From positions 1 through 64,000 of the forward strand of contig NW_021833708.1 of the NCBI RefSeq assembly GCF_006345805.1: 64,000 nucleotides of DNA, given 5' to 3'. Below are positions 24,640 through 35,657 of this stretch, piece after piece; position 1 is the first letter of the stretch; every line of letters begins with the position of its first letter. The stretch comes from Octopus sinensis. Its lineage: Eukaryota. Position numbers and translations under genes: made by a program. A model generated the notes under the pieces. That model made no database searches, had not been told where the DNA came from, and saw only the letters and a program-made list of their open reading frames with translations.

Positions 24640-25560
24640 ATGCAGGATTAAATGCAAGGACAACTGCTAATGACATGCTGGCAGGAAAATGCTAATAACA
24701 ACCTTTTCAGATGCTGATAGCTGCAGCCAATGTAGACACAGCACTGTCGATGTAAGCACATGCAACAAGTATCTCGTCTTATGCCCCCCCCCCCCAAAAA
24801 AAAAACTGCCCCTACAAGGTCTGTCAAATGAACTGAAGGGCTACTTCTATGACACTCTTCTGCTGGCCACTTCAAAGATAAATGACCGTGACCTTCGTGG
24901 CTGGTGATTTCAATGGACGTGTTGGGCGGCACCCAGGTATCTTCCATGGGGTACATGGTGGGACACAGAATTGTGGGAACAAAACCATAGCCACCATGTA
25001 CACCATGGAAGCCCCCTGCATGTTGTCCAACGTGCCCATTGAAGTCGCCAGCCACAAAGAGAAGGTCCCTGTCATTCATTGACGAGGTAGTCTGCAAGAG
25101 GGTGTCATAAAATCAGTCTTTCTGTTCATCAGGTAGCCCTGGCTGAGGGTCATAAGCCGAGATAATGGTTGCTAATCCATGTTGCAGCACTAATCTAAAC
25201 TTAAGTATTCCATCACAGACTCTGACTATCTCGATTACCTTATCAGCCCATTTTCTCTGCAAGAAGTATACTCATGCCCCGACTCCATCAGTGTGCCCTA
25301 CCCAGAAAATCTTATACTTATGTTCTTTGCCTGTGAGGAACCTAGGAGAACTTCCTCTCCACTTCTTGGATGCAGCACAAATCTACACGTCTCTGTTCAA
25401 GCATGTTAACAATCTCAGCAGACCTACCTTTCAGTGTGCCGACGTTGAGAGTACACCTGAGGGTGTTGAAGGTATGGTCCATGAGACCTGGGGGTGGGGG
25501 ACAGCAGCATCATGTACCTGAAAAAGAAAGCTTTGCATTTGGCAGAACCCAAAAATACAA
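24640..25560. mobile_element. RTE-like endonuclease fragments in both orientations
   Basis: LFVAGDFNGHVG on the minus strand, and a diverged copy of the same segment on the plus strand (about 24830-24962). Confidence 0.6.
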
Positions 25561-25884
25561 TAGTCTTCAACCTGCAAACACTACACCATCATTTTATGCA
25601 CTACATTACATAGGAGATAACCCTATATATATAAATATATGTATATATATTAAATTATAAAATGATATATATTAAATCAAAATGTGGGTGAAAATTGGAT
25701 ATAATTTAATAAAACATCATTTAAGACCAGTGGTCTAGCGTATAAAAAATGAGATTCAGTAAATGATTTTCTGGAGAAATAATTCTTAGTGGTTGAGACC
25801 TATGTGGATCTCTTTTTAGCGCAACGGCTTCCACATAGTGGTTCCCTCATATTTATGTATAAAATACTATTTACTGAATCTAAG

Positions 25885-25919
<35 letters not shown>

Positions 25920-26915
25920 TTATGTATGTATGTATGTATTGGGATTGTATCACCAATTATTATGACATGATACTGTTTACACTATAACCTTGTAGTAACA
26001 ATAAAACATATTACGGATCAGGGTAACAACAACAATCCATACACAAACCAACAAACAATGAAAACAACACCTTACGACTTCCTGCAATTAACACCTACTC
26101 TCTCTGGTCTCTCACTCAGACTGCTACTATTCATAGTCGTTCAGTCAAGTCTGTTCTTGCATGGGTTCTTGTGACTCTCGCCACAACATGTAATCGAGTC
26201 CAGGACTTATATTTTGTAAGCCTAGTACTTATTCTGTTGATCCTTTTTGCCAAATCGCTAGCTTACGGGGATGTAAACACACCAGCATCGATTGTTAAGC
26301 AATGTTGGGAGGACAAACACAGACATACAAACACACACACACACATATACGATGGGCTTCTTTCAGTTTTTGTCTACCAAATCCACTCATAAGGCTTTGG
26401 TCAGCCCGAGATGATAGTACAAGACACTTGCTCAAGGTGCTATGCAGTGGGACTGAACCCGGAATCATGTAGTTGGTAAGCAAGCTATTTACCATAGCCA
26501 CTCCTGTATAAAAAGCACCATCCATTCTTGGCCGTTGCCAGCCTCGCCTGGCCCCCGTGCCAGTGGCACGTAAAAAGCACCATCCGTTCATGGCCGTTGC
26601 AAGCGCAGCCCCGACTGGCCTCATGCCAGTGGCACGTAAAAAGCACCATCCGTTTGTCGCGTTGCCAGCCTTGCCTGGCCCTCGTGCCAGTGGCACGTAA
26701 AAAGCACCATCTGTTCGTGGGCGTTGCCAGCCTTGTCTGGCACGTAAAAAGTACCCACTACACTCATGGAGTGGTTTGGCGTTAGAGGGCATCCAGCCGT
26801 AGGAAACATTGCCAGATCAAACTGGGCCTGGTGCAGCCTCTGGCTTCCCAGACCCCAGGAACCGTCCAACCATGCTAGCATGGAAAGCGGACGCTAAACG
26901 ATGATGATGATGATG

Positions 26916-26954
<39 letters not shown>

Positions 26955-26955
<1 letters not shown>

Positions 26956-28565
26956 TAGCGTAAAAACTCATAAGAGAAAAAATTTCGAAAATATTATTTC
27001 TTATTGAACATATTAATTTATATATAGAGGGCATAATTATAATACATGCCAGGAGGCATTAATATACTTGCCAAAGCTAAGAGGGACAATCAGTCATTTC
27101 TACCAAAAATATTACTAATCCACCCGAATGCAACTTTTCAAAGTAAGACATTTAAAAATATAGGCCTGTATCACAGTGATTTCATACTTACGTAATCATC
27201 AGAAGGCTGAATGTATTATAAATAAACAACGACCCTGCCTCGCTTAAGCCGAACAGCAACTGATCACATCAACGAAGCACATGGGTGAGTTTATATATAT
27301 TACATCCGGGTGAATGGCAAACTTTACAAAATTGCATTTCGGGAGAGGAAAGTTTTTCGGATAAAAATTTGCAAGAAGGACAACTACTTAATAAGGAAAA
27401 CTTAACAAGTAATTTCAGGTAGATAGCGTAAAAACCTCATAAGAGAAAAAAAATTTCGAAAATAATTATTTCTTATTGAACATATTAATTTATAATGAGG
27501 GCATAATTATACATAATGCCAGGAGGCATTTATATATACTGGCCAAACGCAAGAGGGACAATCAGTCATTTCTACCAAAAATTTACTAATCCCACCGATG
27601 CAACTTTTCAAAGTAAGACATTATGCCCTCTATATATAAATTAATATGTTCAATAGAAATAATTATTTTCGAAATTTTTTCTCTTATGAGGTTTTACGCT
27701 ATCTACCTGACAATTTCTTGTTAAGTTTCCTTATTAAGTAGTTGTCCTTATTGCAAATTTTTATTCCGAAAAAACTTTTCCTCTCCCGAAATGCAATTTT
27801 GTAAAAGTTTGCCATTCACCCGGATGTAATATATGAAAACTCACCCATGTGCTTCGTGTGATGTTGATCAGTTAGCTGTTCGGCTTAAGCGAGGCAGGGT
27901 CGTGTTTATTTATAATACATTCAGGCCTGCTGATGATTACGTAAGTATGAAATCACTGTGATACAGGCCTATATTTTTAAATGTCTTACTTTGAAAGTTG
28001 CATTCGGTGGGATTAGTAATATTTTGGAGAAATGCTGATTGTCCCTCTTAGCGTTTGGCACGTACATATAATGCCTCTGGCATGTATGTATAATTAGGCC
28101 CTTATATAAATTAATATGTTCAATAAGAAATAATATTTCGAAATTTTTCTCTTATGAGGTTTTTACGCTATCTACCTGACAATTTCTTGTTAAGTTTCCT
28201 TATTAGTAGTTGTCCTAATTGCAAAAATTTTATTCCGAAAAAACTTTCCTCTCCCGAAATGATTTGTAAAGTTTGCCATTCACCCGGATGTAATATATAT
28301 AACTCACCCAGTGCCCTTCGTTGATGTGATCAGTTAGCCTGTTTCGGCTTAAGCGAGGCAGGCCGTGTTATTATAATACATTCAGGCTGGCGATGATTAC
28401 GTAAGTATGAAATCACTGTGATACAGGCCTATATTAAATGTCTTCTTGAAAGTGGCATTCGGTGGATTAGTAATATTTTGGTAGAAAATGAGATGTCCCT
28501 TTAGCGTTTGGCAAGTATATATCATGCCTCCTGGCATGTATGTATAATTATGCCCTCTATATATA
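26955..28565. repeat. ~468-bp monomer array: about 1.4 copies (26955-27622) followed by about 2 inverted copies (27621-28565), hammerhead-bearing
   Basis: atagcgtaaaaa recurs at 26955 and 27423. The reverse-complement series restarts at about 27621, 28094 and 28548. Bounded by (TA)n on both sides. Confidence 0.9.
27923..27970 (+). ncRNA. Type I hammerhead ribozyme
   Basis: Stem I AGGCCUG (27923-27929)/CAGGCCU (27964-27970). Core CUGAUGA (27930-27936). Stem II UAC/GUA with a GUAA tetraloop and a U.U base. GAAA (27949-27952). Stem III UCA/UGA. Predicted cleavage AUA| after 27963. Variant copies at about 28383-28430 (+) and 27162-27209 (-). Confidence 0.8.
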
Positions 28566-28576
28566 AATATATATAA

Positions 28577-28624
<48 letters not shown>

Positions 28625-28926
28625 CTCACTTCCATAACATTCATGTATATGTGTGTGTATGTACAGGAATGTTAAGGATGTGGACACTAACCAACTCACC
28701 TGTTTTATGAACCCCTTATTAATATAGCAACATCATAATTCTTCTTTACTAGTTTTGATCTGCTAATTATATGTTCACTCTTGTTCTGCTCCCCTAAAAT
28801 TTTCTATAGTGAGAGATAAATATAGATTAGGCTGAAACAATCTGTTTAAGACCTCTTAATAGATTTATCATGTCCCTTACACATATCCCATGTACATTTT
28901 CAATTTCTATTTTTACTTCCACAAAG

Positions 28927-29139
28927 GATTCAGTGAAACTGGATATTGAGAATCATAAGAAAATGACACCATTGATGGAAGCCGTGTCCAGGGCCCACCT
29001 CGGAATTATCCATAAACTTATTATAAATGGTGCAAACATAAATGCTGTCGACAATGATGGCAATAATTGTTTGCACCTCTCAATAATAAAGAAAGAGATG
29101 TTCCATTCTGAGGTGGAACCCATTCCCATTTTAGATGAG
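28927..29139 (+). CDS. Coding exon 6, ankyrin repeats (DSVKLDIENHKKMTPLMEAVSRAHLGIIHKLIINGANINAVDNDGNNCLHLSII...LDE)
   Basis: ttttacttccacaaag acceptor, gtaagt donor, phase 0 to 0, within ORF 28870..29163. Confidence 0.9.
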
Positions 29140-30835
29140 GTAAGTTTTAAAAATTGTTTGTGAATATGTGTGTGTTGTTGGCATTAGGAAGGGCATGCAA
29201 CCGCAGAGACTATGCCAAAACTGGCAATTGGTGCCTGAGCAGCTCTGCAGCTGCCCAGCTTCTGCCAAACTATCCAACCCATGCCAGCATAGAAAACGAA
29301 TGTAAAATGATGATGAGGAGGATGTGTGTATGTGTGAATGAGAGAGAGAGAAAGAGAAAAGGCAGACATTGTTTGCTATTTTCTTTCACTCCCATCCACT
29401 TCTCTTCCTTTAGTATTAAATAATTCAGTTTCTCCTGATAGCACTAGTTGTATTATGTAACTAACAATATTCCATCTTCTTTCACCTTCAAAAGCATGGC
29501 CACTCCACTGTAAAGAAGGTAACCCATCTTAAATATGTGTCATGTAAACACTGCCATAACTGTATGAAGGAGAGGTGACCAACGACAGAGATAAGTCTTT
29601 AAATTTAAGAAAGAGAAATTCACAAACTGTTTTAAATATCGAATTTCAAGTTAAACGAGTTGAACTGTGTTAATTGCTCTCTGAACTTTGCCCTGCTTAA
29701 TCTTATTCTAGCAGCTATGCTCTTGGCGCATCCACCTCCACTACTGACTTGATTACCTAGATAACAGTAGCTATCAACTACTTCTAGGTGCATATATATA
29801 TATATATATGTGTGTGTGTATGTGTTTGTTTGTTTGAAAGACCTCAGCATCTATCCACTGCTAGATCTGATGGTGTTTATTGTCTATTGTTGCAGAATTT
29901 AAGCAGCTCTTTGATTCCCAAATATGTAACTGTCACTACAGATGTGTGACTGTATTTCAGACAGTTGATGGTCACCTATGTATTGTTGTAATGTCTTCTT
30001 TGGTGAGAAGAAGCTACTCGAGAAGTCAACGACCCATTATTATAGGAATTGTCTATCAGACTAACAGTTTCAACAATTTCTTGACTATAATGTGTTGGTG
30101 TGTTGCCTCAACCACCACACCAATCTTTACTTCACTTCATCAGCCAAAAATGTTTCTTTATAAATTTTGGAAACATTATTGATATGCTTGGATATGTCTG
30201 TCTGGTGTTGGTTTTGTTGCTGTGTCTGAAGAAATTATTATGTTCTTGGTGTTCTCTGTTCATTGTTTGTTGTTATGGAAATGAGTTGCACTTTGTGACC
30301 AGTGAAACGTTTCCCAATCAATATTTGGATTATCGAAATTACCAGTAGGAAAATATGGGGGACTGCTTTCATAGATGCAGATCTGAAGATGTCAAAAATC
30401 TGAGTTTTGATGGCAGTTTTGCAGATGGTAAACAAATTCAAATAGGAGTATATATGTTGTTAAGAAAATACTTCTTGTTGTGACCAGTTAAAATCTCCAC
30501 AAGGAATTACAGAAGATCTTGAGTGATCATAGACCATCAGACGACCCCCATGGTAATTAAAATGGCCTTTGTGTAACAAAATGTAGCTTGCCATTGTTTG
30601 TTGTTATGTTGTTGTGCTATATTTATATATACAATACTCTTCCATAAGTATTTCTTTTGTTATGGCCAATTGGCTTTATCAAGCCAGTTGTAAAGATAGG
30701 TTCTTGTTGGTTTGTTGTGCTCTGTTATTTGTGATACTTGTTCCATTATATTTCCTACATTTGACATGATTTGTTTATCTACAATATATATTTGTGTAAT
30801 ATTCTACTCATCGTTTTATATTTCATCATTTGCAG

Positions 30836-31014
30836 TGCTGCAGAGAGCTCCAACTGGACATGGATAGGAGGCTCTCTGGAATAGTAGTTTTGAGTTACCT
30901 TGCCAGCCAAGGAGCCAACTTATACCATCGTAATAAGAAGAAGAAAGTGACCCCATTGGACTACATAAAAGATCAACATGTGAAAGAAAATTTAAAAACA
31001 TTTTTACAATCACT
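30836..31014 (+). CDS. Coding exon 7, last ankyrin/cap (CCRELQLDMDRRLSGIVVLSYLASQGANLYHRNKKKKVTPLDYIKDQHVKENLKTFLQS)
   Basis: tttgcag acceptor, gtaagt donor, phase 0 to 2. Resembles the Mind-bomb segment [24 protein letters not shown], recalled from memory. Confidence 0.88.
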
Positions 31015-33006
31015 GTAAGTACTCACTGGCAATGCCAAGATACACCAGGACATTTTCTCTTTTGTATATAATCATGTTTATATGTTTATTTAGTTTGAAT
31101 TCTCCCAATGTATTATTCCGTCATTAGTGTCTTGACTCAAGATAACAATAATGATTCTCTTTCTTGACCACACAGCGATGATCATAGCAAGCTAAGAATT
31201 CTCATTTCATTTCTTCCGACTCTTGTACTACATACATACATTTGCCGCTAACCCTTAAATGTTTGAATCTATTCACTAATTCTGCTTGTTCTTATGGTCC
31301 CCCACAAAATATAACCCTTTAATTTGTTTAACCCCTCGGTACCAAGTTAATTCGTTCGTTACTCTGTTAATTTCTTCAAACCCCGATTGCTTAAGTCTTA
31401 TCACTACCGTCCCCAATCAAAATCTTCGCCGCCCGCCATTCGCGGTTCGCCCGCCCTTTCCCACCCCCACCACCCATACTGGAGAACACTCTGTTTACAC
31501 CATCCTCACCGGATATCCCCTCTACCACCGCCACCACTACGTGTGTCTGTTCCTCCTACCCCTCCTCCTCAATATACTTTCTCACTATGTATTTACCCCT
31601 GCCTCTCTCCCCCTAGACAGAAGCAGCTAGCGCCGCAGCTCATCAAACGTCCCACTTAACCTGTTATCTTATGTTCCTCCTGTTTTGAAATGTGTCACTG
31701 CCTCAACCGGCTATCTCCTTCCAGCCCCCTCCCCCACTCGTGATATCCTACGTTTTACTTCCTACTTTTCATTCTGTCTAGAACCTGCCACCAACCCTAC
31801 CTGTCATCGTTTCTCTTTACCCCAAACCTTCCACTCTGGTGCTCCCCTATATTACATGCACACACCCCACTTTCTCTCCCTCTCTTCTCTCTGCCGGAAC
31901 CCTCCCCCTGTCGCAATGCAACGAAAAAAGGCAATAACCGATCGTGGCCGATGCCAGACCCCTCTGGCACCTGTGCAGGTGGCATGTAAAAAGCACCCAC
32001 TACACTTGCGGAGTGGTTGGCGTTAGGAAGGGCATCCAGCTGTAGAAACACTGCCAGATCAGACTAGAGCCTGGGGCAGCCCCTGGCTCCCCAGACCCCA
32101 GTCAAACCCGTGCTAGCGCAGAAAACGGACGTTAAACGATGATGATGATGATGATGATGAATTCTGACACAAAGCCAGCAAGGTCAGGGAGGGGATAAGT
32201 CAATTACAACAGCCCCAGTTTTCAACTGGTACTTATTTTATCAACAGCAAGGTAAAGTCAACGCAGCTGAATTTGAACTCAGCATGTAAAGGCAGACGAA
32301 ATGCCAGAAAGCATTTTGCTCCGTGTGCTAATGATTCTGCCAGCTTGCAGCCTTAAGACCACACAACAATAATAAGAACAATAAACAGAAAATACAGTTG
32401 TTAGTGGATCAAACGAAAAACACTATTTTGATGACATTCACATGATTGCTTGTGTTGACAGATATACCTCACCATCCACCCCTGACTATTTTAGAGTTCG
32501 GTGACCTCCATGAAAATGTAGTACTAAATAATAAAGTGAATGAACACATTTTGAAATTGCTATTTAGAAGTAAATAGGATTTATCTGTCTACCAACAATT
32601 TTTTCTCTCTCTCTCTTCTCTGACTCAATCAGTTGTCATGTACGCTTTCATGTGAAAATAACCTAAAACACACACTAACAATGCGTATGTCATCATCATC
32701 ATCATCATTTAACGTCTGTTGTCCATGCTGGCATGGATTGGTCTGTTTGACTGGGATGGCATGTTGGAAGGCTGCACCTTAGTCAGCCTTTGATATTTTC
32801 AGCCCACCCTTGTATGTGTATGTTAATGTGACACTTGTATACACACAAATCTGCTTGTATGTAATTGTTTACAGAAGAATTTATGATGTACTCTTGCTGG
32901 TTACTGTTGTGCCCCTTAATATTCTGTACTCTAAACATGTCCACAACGAAATATTTTATTATAAATGAATGTTAATGATGGGATGTGTTAATATTTTGTT
33001 CCACAG

Positions 33007-33149
33007 GTGTCGGTGGTGTCAAGAGAAAAAGGCTACTGTCACACTCCATCCATGTCAACATACTGTTATTTGTCAGAATTGCTGTTCTCAAATGACATTT
33101 AAGCAATGCCCCATATGTCGACAACACATACTCCGGAAAAGTGGATTTG
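33007..33149 (+). CDS. Coding exon 8, C3HC4 RING finger (CRWC...PCQHTVICQNC...CPICR)
   Basis: ttccacag acceptor, gtaaga donor, phase 2 to 1. Eight Zn ligands with IAP/MIB-type spacing. Confidence 0.92.
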
Positions 33150-33429
33150 GTAAGAACATTCTTTCTTGATCTGTCTGTTGTCTCATTAACTTTCTGGTAT
33201 GGAATAATGCATTTCATATTGTAGTGGAGACATGCAACTCCTTGTTTGTAACTATATATTATTAACACTTGTTATAATGTTTGCCATCCTTTTAGACATT
33301 TTATACTCACACTCGTTAGTTTTTAGATGTGATCAATGCTAAAAGAGACATTGTTTTCTGACTCTTTCACCTTTTGGCTTTACTTTTGAGTTGATTCGTT
33401 TTAATTCGAACATGAAGCCTGGTCATTGC

Positions 33430-33670
33430 TCCAAGGTGGTATCAGAAAGTTCACGGACTAGTTCTGTAGCATGCCAACAGATGGCAGCACACCGTTGCAT
33501 GCACAGTGAGAGCTAGCAATGACTTTCATGAGGCGGTGTGCTGGGTGACACCACTGCGTTTACTTCAAAAGTTGTGAAATTTGTGCTTTTGTGGTCATTT
33601 GTAGGCTGTAGTCTGCAATTTTCTAATGGGCAGGAACAAATAACCAATGTGAAATTTTGCGTTAAACTTG
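33430..33670 (+). mobile_element. Mariner 5' remnant
   Basis: EQITNVKFCVKL resembles the mariner transposase N-terminus, preceded by a decayed TIR-like aaggtggtatcagaaagttc. Confidence 0.5.
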
Positions 33671-33997
33671 TCCAGCAAAGACATAAGAAAGAAGCAACAA
33701 AACTAAGAGAAAAAGAGTGTTATGAAGTGATAACTAATGAGAGAATTTCAGAGTTGTTAGATTAGTATATAGGATGTCTTAAGAGAAAGATGAGATTTTG
33801 AAAGGTTTCCCCATTTTGTTCTTGTTGTAAATATTGAACTATTATATAGTAACAGCTTAGAAAGTGTTGACCGAAAGCATAGTGGTCACCAATTGACTAT
33901 TGATGATATGAATGCCTTACAATAATGGAATATAGATTATTAAAAGAGACAAACAAATTTTACTATGAAGTATAAAACTTTGAAATGCTTATTTCAG

Positions 33998-34048
33998 TGT
34001 GTCCAAAGTTTGAAGAGAAAGCAGTCCAGGCGGTTGTAGAGTCTGTTG
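33998..34048 (+). CDS. 51-nt symmetric phase-1 mini-exon, copy 1 (VCPKFEEKAVQAVVESV)
   Basis: ttatttcag acceptor, gtaagt donor, open in the phase left by the RING exon. Confidence 0.75.
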
Positions 34049-34161
34049 GTAAGTATAAAATAACTGTAATTGATTTCTATAAATTTTACCTTCACCTGAG
34101 ATGTTTATTGTGTGAATGACTGAGAACAGGTTCCATTCTTAATTTCCAATTCTTATTTCAG

Positions 34162-34370
34162 AGTGTCCAAGGTGTAGAGAAAAAAAAAGTCAGACGTTGC
34201 AGAATCTTTTGGTGAGTATAAAATAACTGTAATTGATTCTATAAATTTACCTTCACCTGAATGTATTATTTGTGTGAATGACTGAGAACAGGTTCCATTC
34301 TTAATTTCCAATCTTATTTAGTGTGTCCAAGTCTGAAGAGAAAGCGGTCCAGACGGTGCAGAATCTTTTG
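34162..34370 (+). pseudogene. Mini-exon copies 2 (34162-34211, 50 nt) and 3 (34322-34370, 49 nt): frame-broken or mis-assembled
   Basis: Same AG/GT flanks as copies 1 and 4 but 1 and 2 nt short. Including both gives a TGA in copy 3. Confidence 0.5.
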
Positions 34371-34479
34371 GTGAGTATAAAATAACTGTAAGATTTCTAT
34401 AATTTTACTTCACCTGAAATATTATTTGTGTGAATGACTGAGAACAGGTTCCATTCTTAATTTCCAATTCTTATTTCAG

Positions 34480-34530
34480 TGTGTCCAAAGTCTGAAGAGA
34501 AAGCGGTCCAGACGGTTGCAGAATCTTTTG
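34480..34530 (+). CDS. 51-nt phase-1 mini-exon, copy 4 (VCPKSEEKAVQTVAESF)
   Basis: ttatttcag acceptor, gtgagt donor, intact frame. Confidence 0.7.
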
Positions 34531-35585
34531 GTGAGTATAAAATAACTGTAACTGATTTCTATAAATTTTACCTTCACCTGAAATATATTATTTGTGTGAA
34601 TGACTGAGAACAGGTTCCATTCTTACATTTCTTTCAAATGGATAGTGATAAAAGTAATTCTATTCACTACCTACAAATGCAAGAATATACAATAAAGGGA
34701 TTTTTATCGAAATATGGAATCATGAGACATAGGAAAAAGGTCCCACACGATAAGGAAAATATAGAAAAAAAGATAAAATATAAATCCTGCAGCGATTCTC
34801 TCCCCATAATGAGACACATTCACTTTTCTCTCATCTTATTGTTATCTATATCACCACCTTGATTATATATTCTTGAATATCATTTCTTATATACCATTTC
34901 AGATATTTTTCCTTTGCAACAATTGGTGTATGAACATTTGTGTTTCATTTAAGATGTTTTGTGCAAGTATACAGTTTTAGGATACTTGTTATCACTTTCT
35001 GTTTTACCTGTGTAGAACTAATCATTGCTCATCAGGAAAGGAAACTATTTCATTAAGGAGTCTTAAATATTTCCTGTATCAGATGAAATTCTGGTGAACT
35101 GTGAGTTGCATAGTTTAAAATTAAAGATTAAAAGCAGCAACGTTTGACAAAGATAACAGGTGTGACATGAGTTTGTGTCAAGGTCGTTGATGACCAGCTT
35201 GGTTGACATCAGAATTAAGCAAAAGAAGAGGGGAATGTTGATTAGTGAAGTCCAGTGGTGAGGGGACAATGCCATGTCATTGGTTTAGCATGGATACAAG
35301 AGATACATGTGATCATTAAATAAGATGATTGCAACGTTGTTAGATTAAGTAGGATGTCTTAATAGAAAAAGGAGGCTTAGGAAGGTCAGTCTATTTTATT
35401 ATGGGCCTAAATATTGAGCCATTATATAGGACCACGGTAGAAAGTATAAAACTATCAACCAAACCTTTAGTGGTCAGCAGTTGTCCATTGATGATAGGAA
35501 TGTCTTACAATAATAAAATATAAACCATTAACAGAGATCGGGAAATTGTGCTATGAAGTGTAAAATTTGGAAATATTTATTTCAG

Positions 35586-35657
35586 ATTCTGTAATGGTAG
35601 AGGAGAAGCATCTTCATTGGGTGTCCAGAAGCTTGGCAGGTAAATGGCAGGAACTTG
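35586..35657 (+). CDS. Death domain exon A (DSVMVEEKHLHWVSRSLAGKWQELG)
   Basis: atttatttcag acceptor, gtgagt donor, phase 1 to 1. Contains the W-x-x-L-G-R-x-L-G death-domain signature that continues into the next exon. Confidence 0.88.

Noticed and set aside
26508-26760. Repeat-spacer-like run of aaaagcaccatc...ggcacgta units resembling a CRISPR array
   Set aside because: The 'spacers' are homologous to each other, unit lengths vary (about 47-67 bp), there are no cas genes, and it lies within an RTE 3'-UTR-derived repeat in an animal genome.
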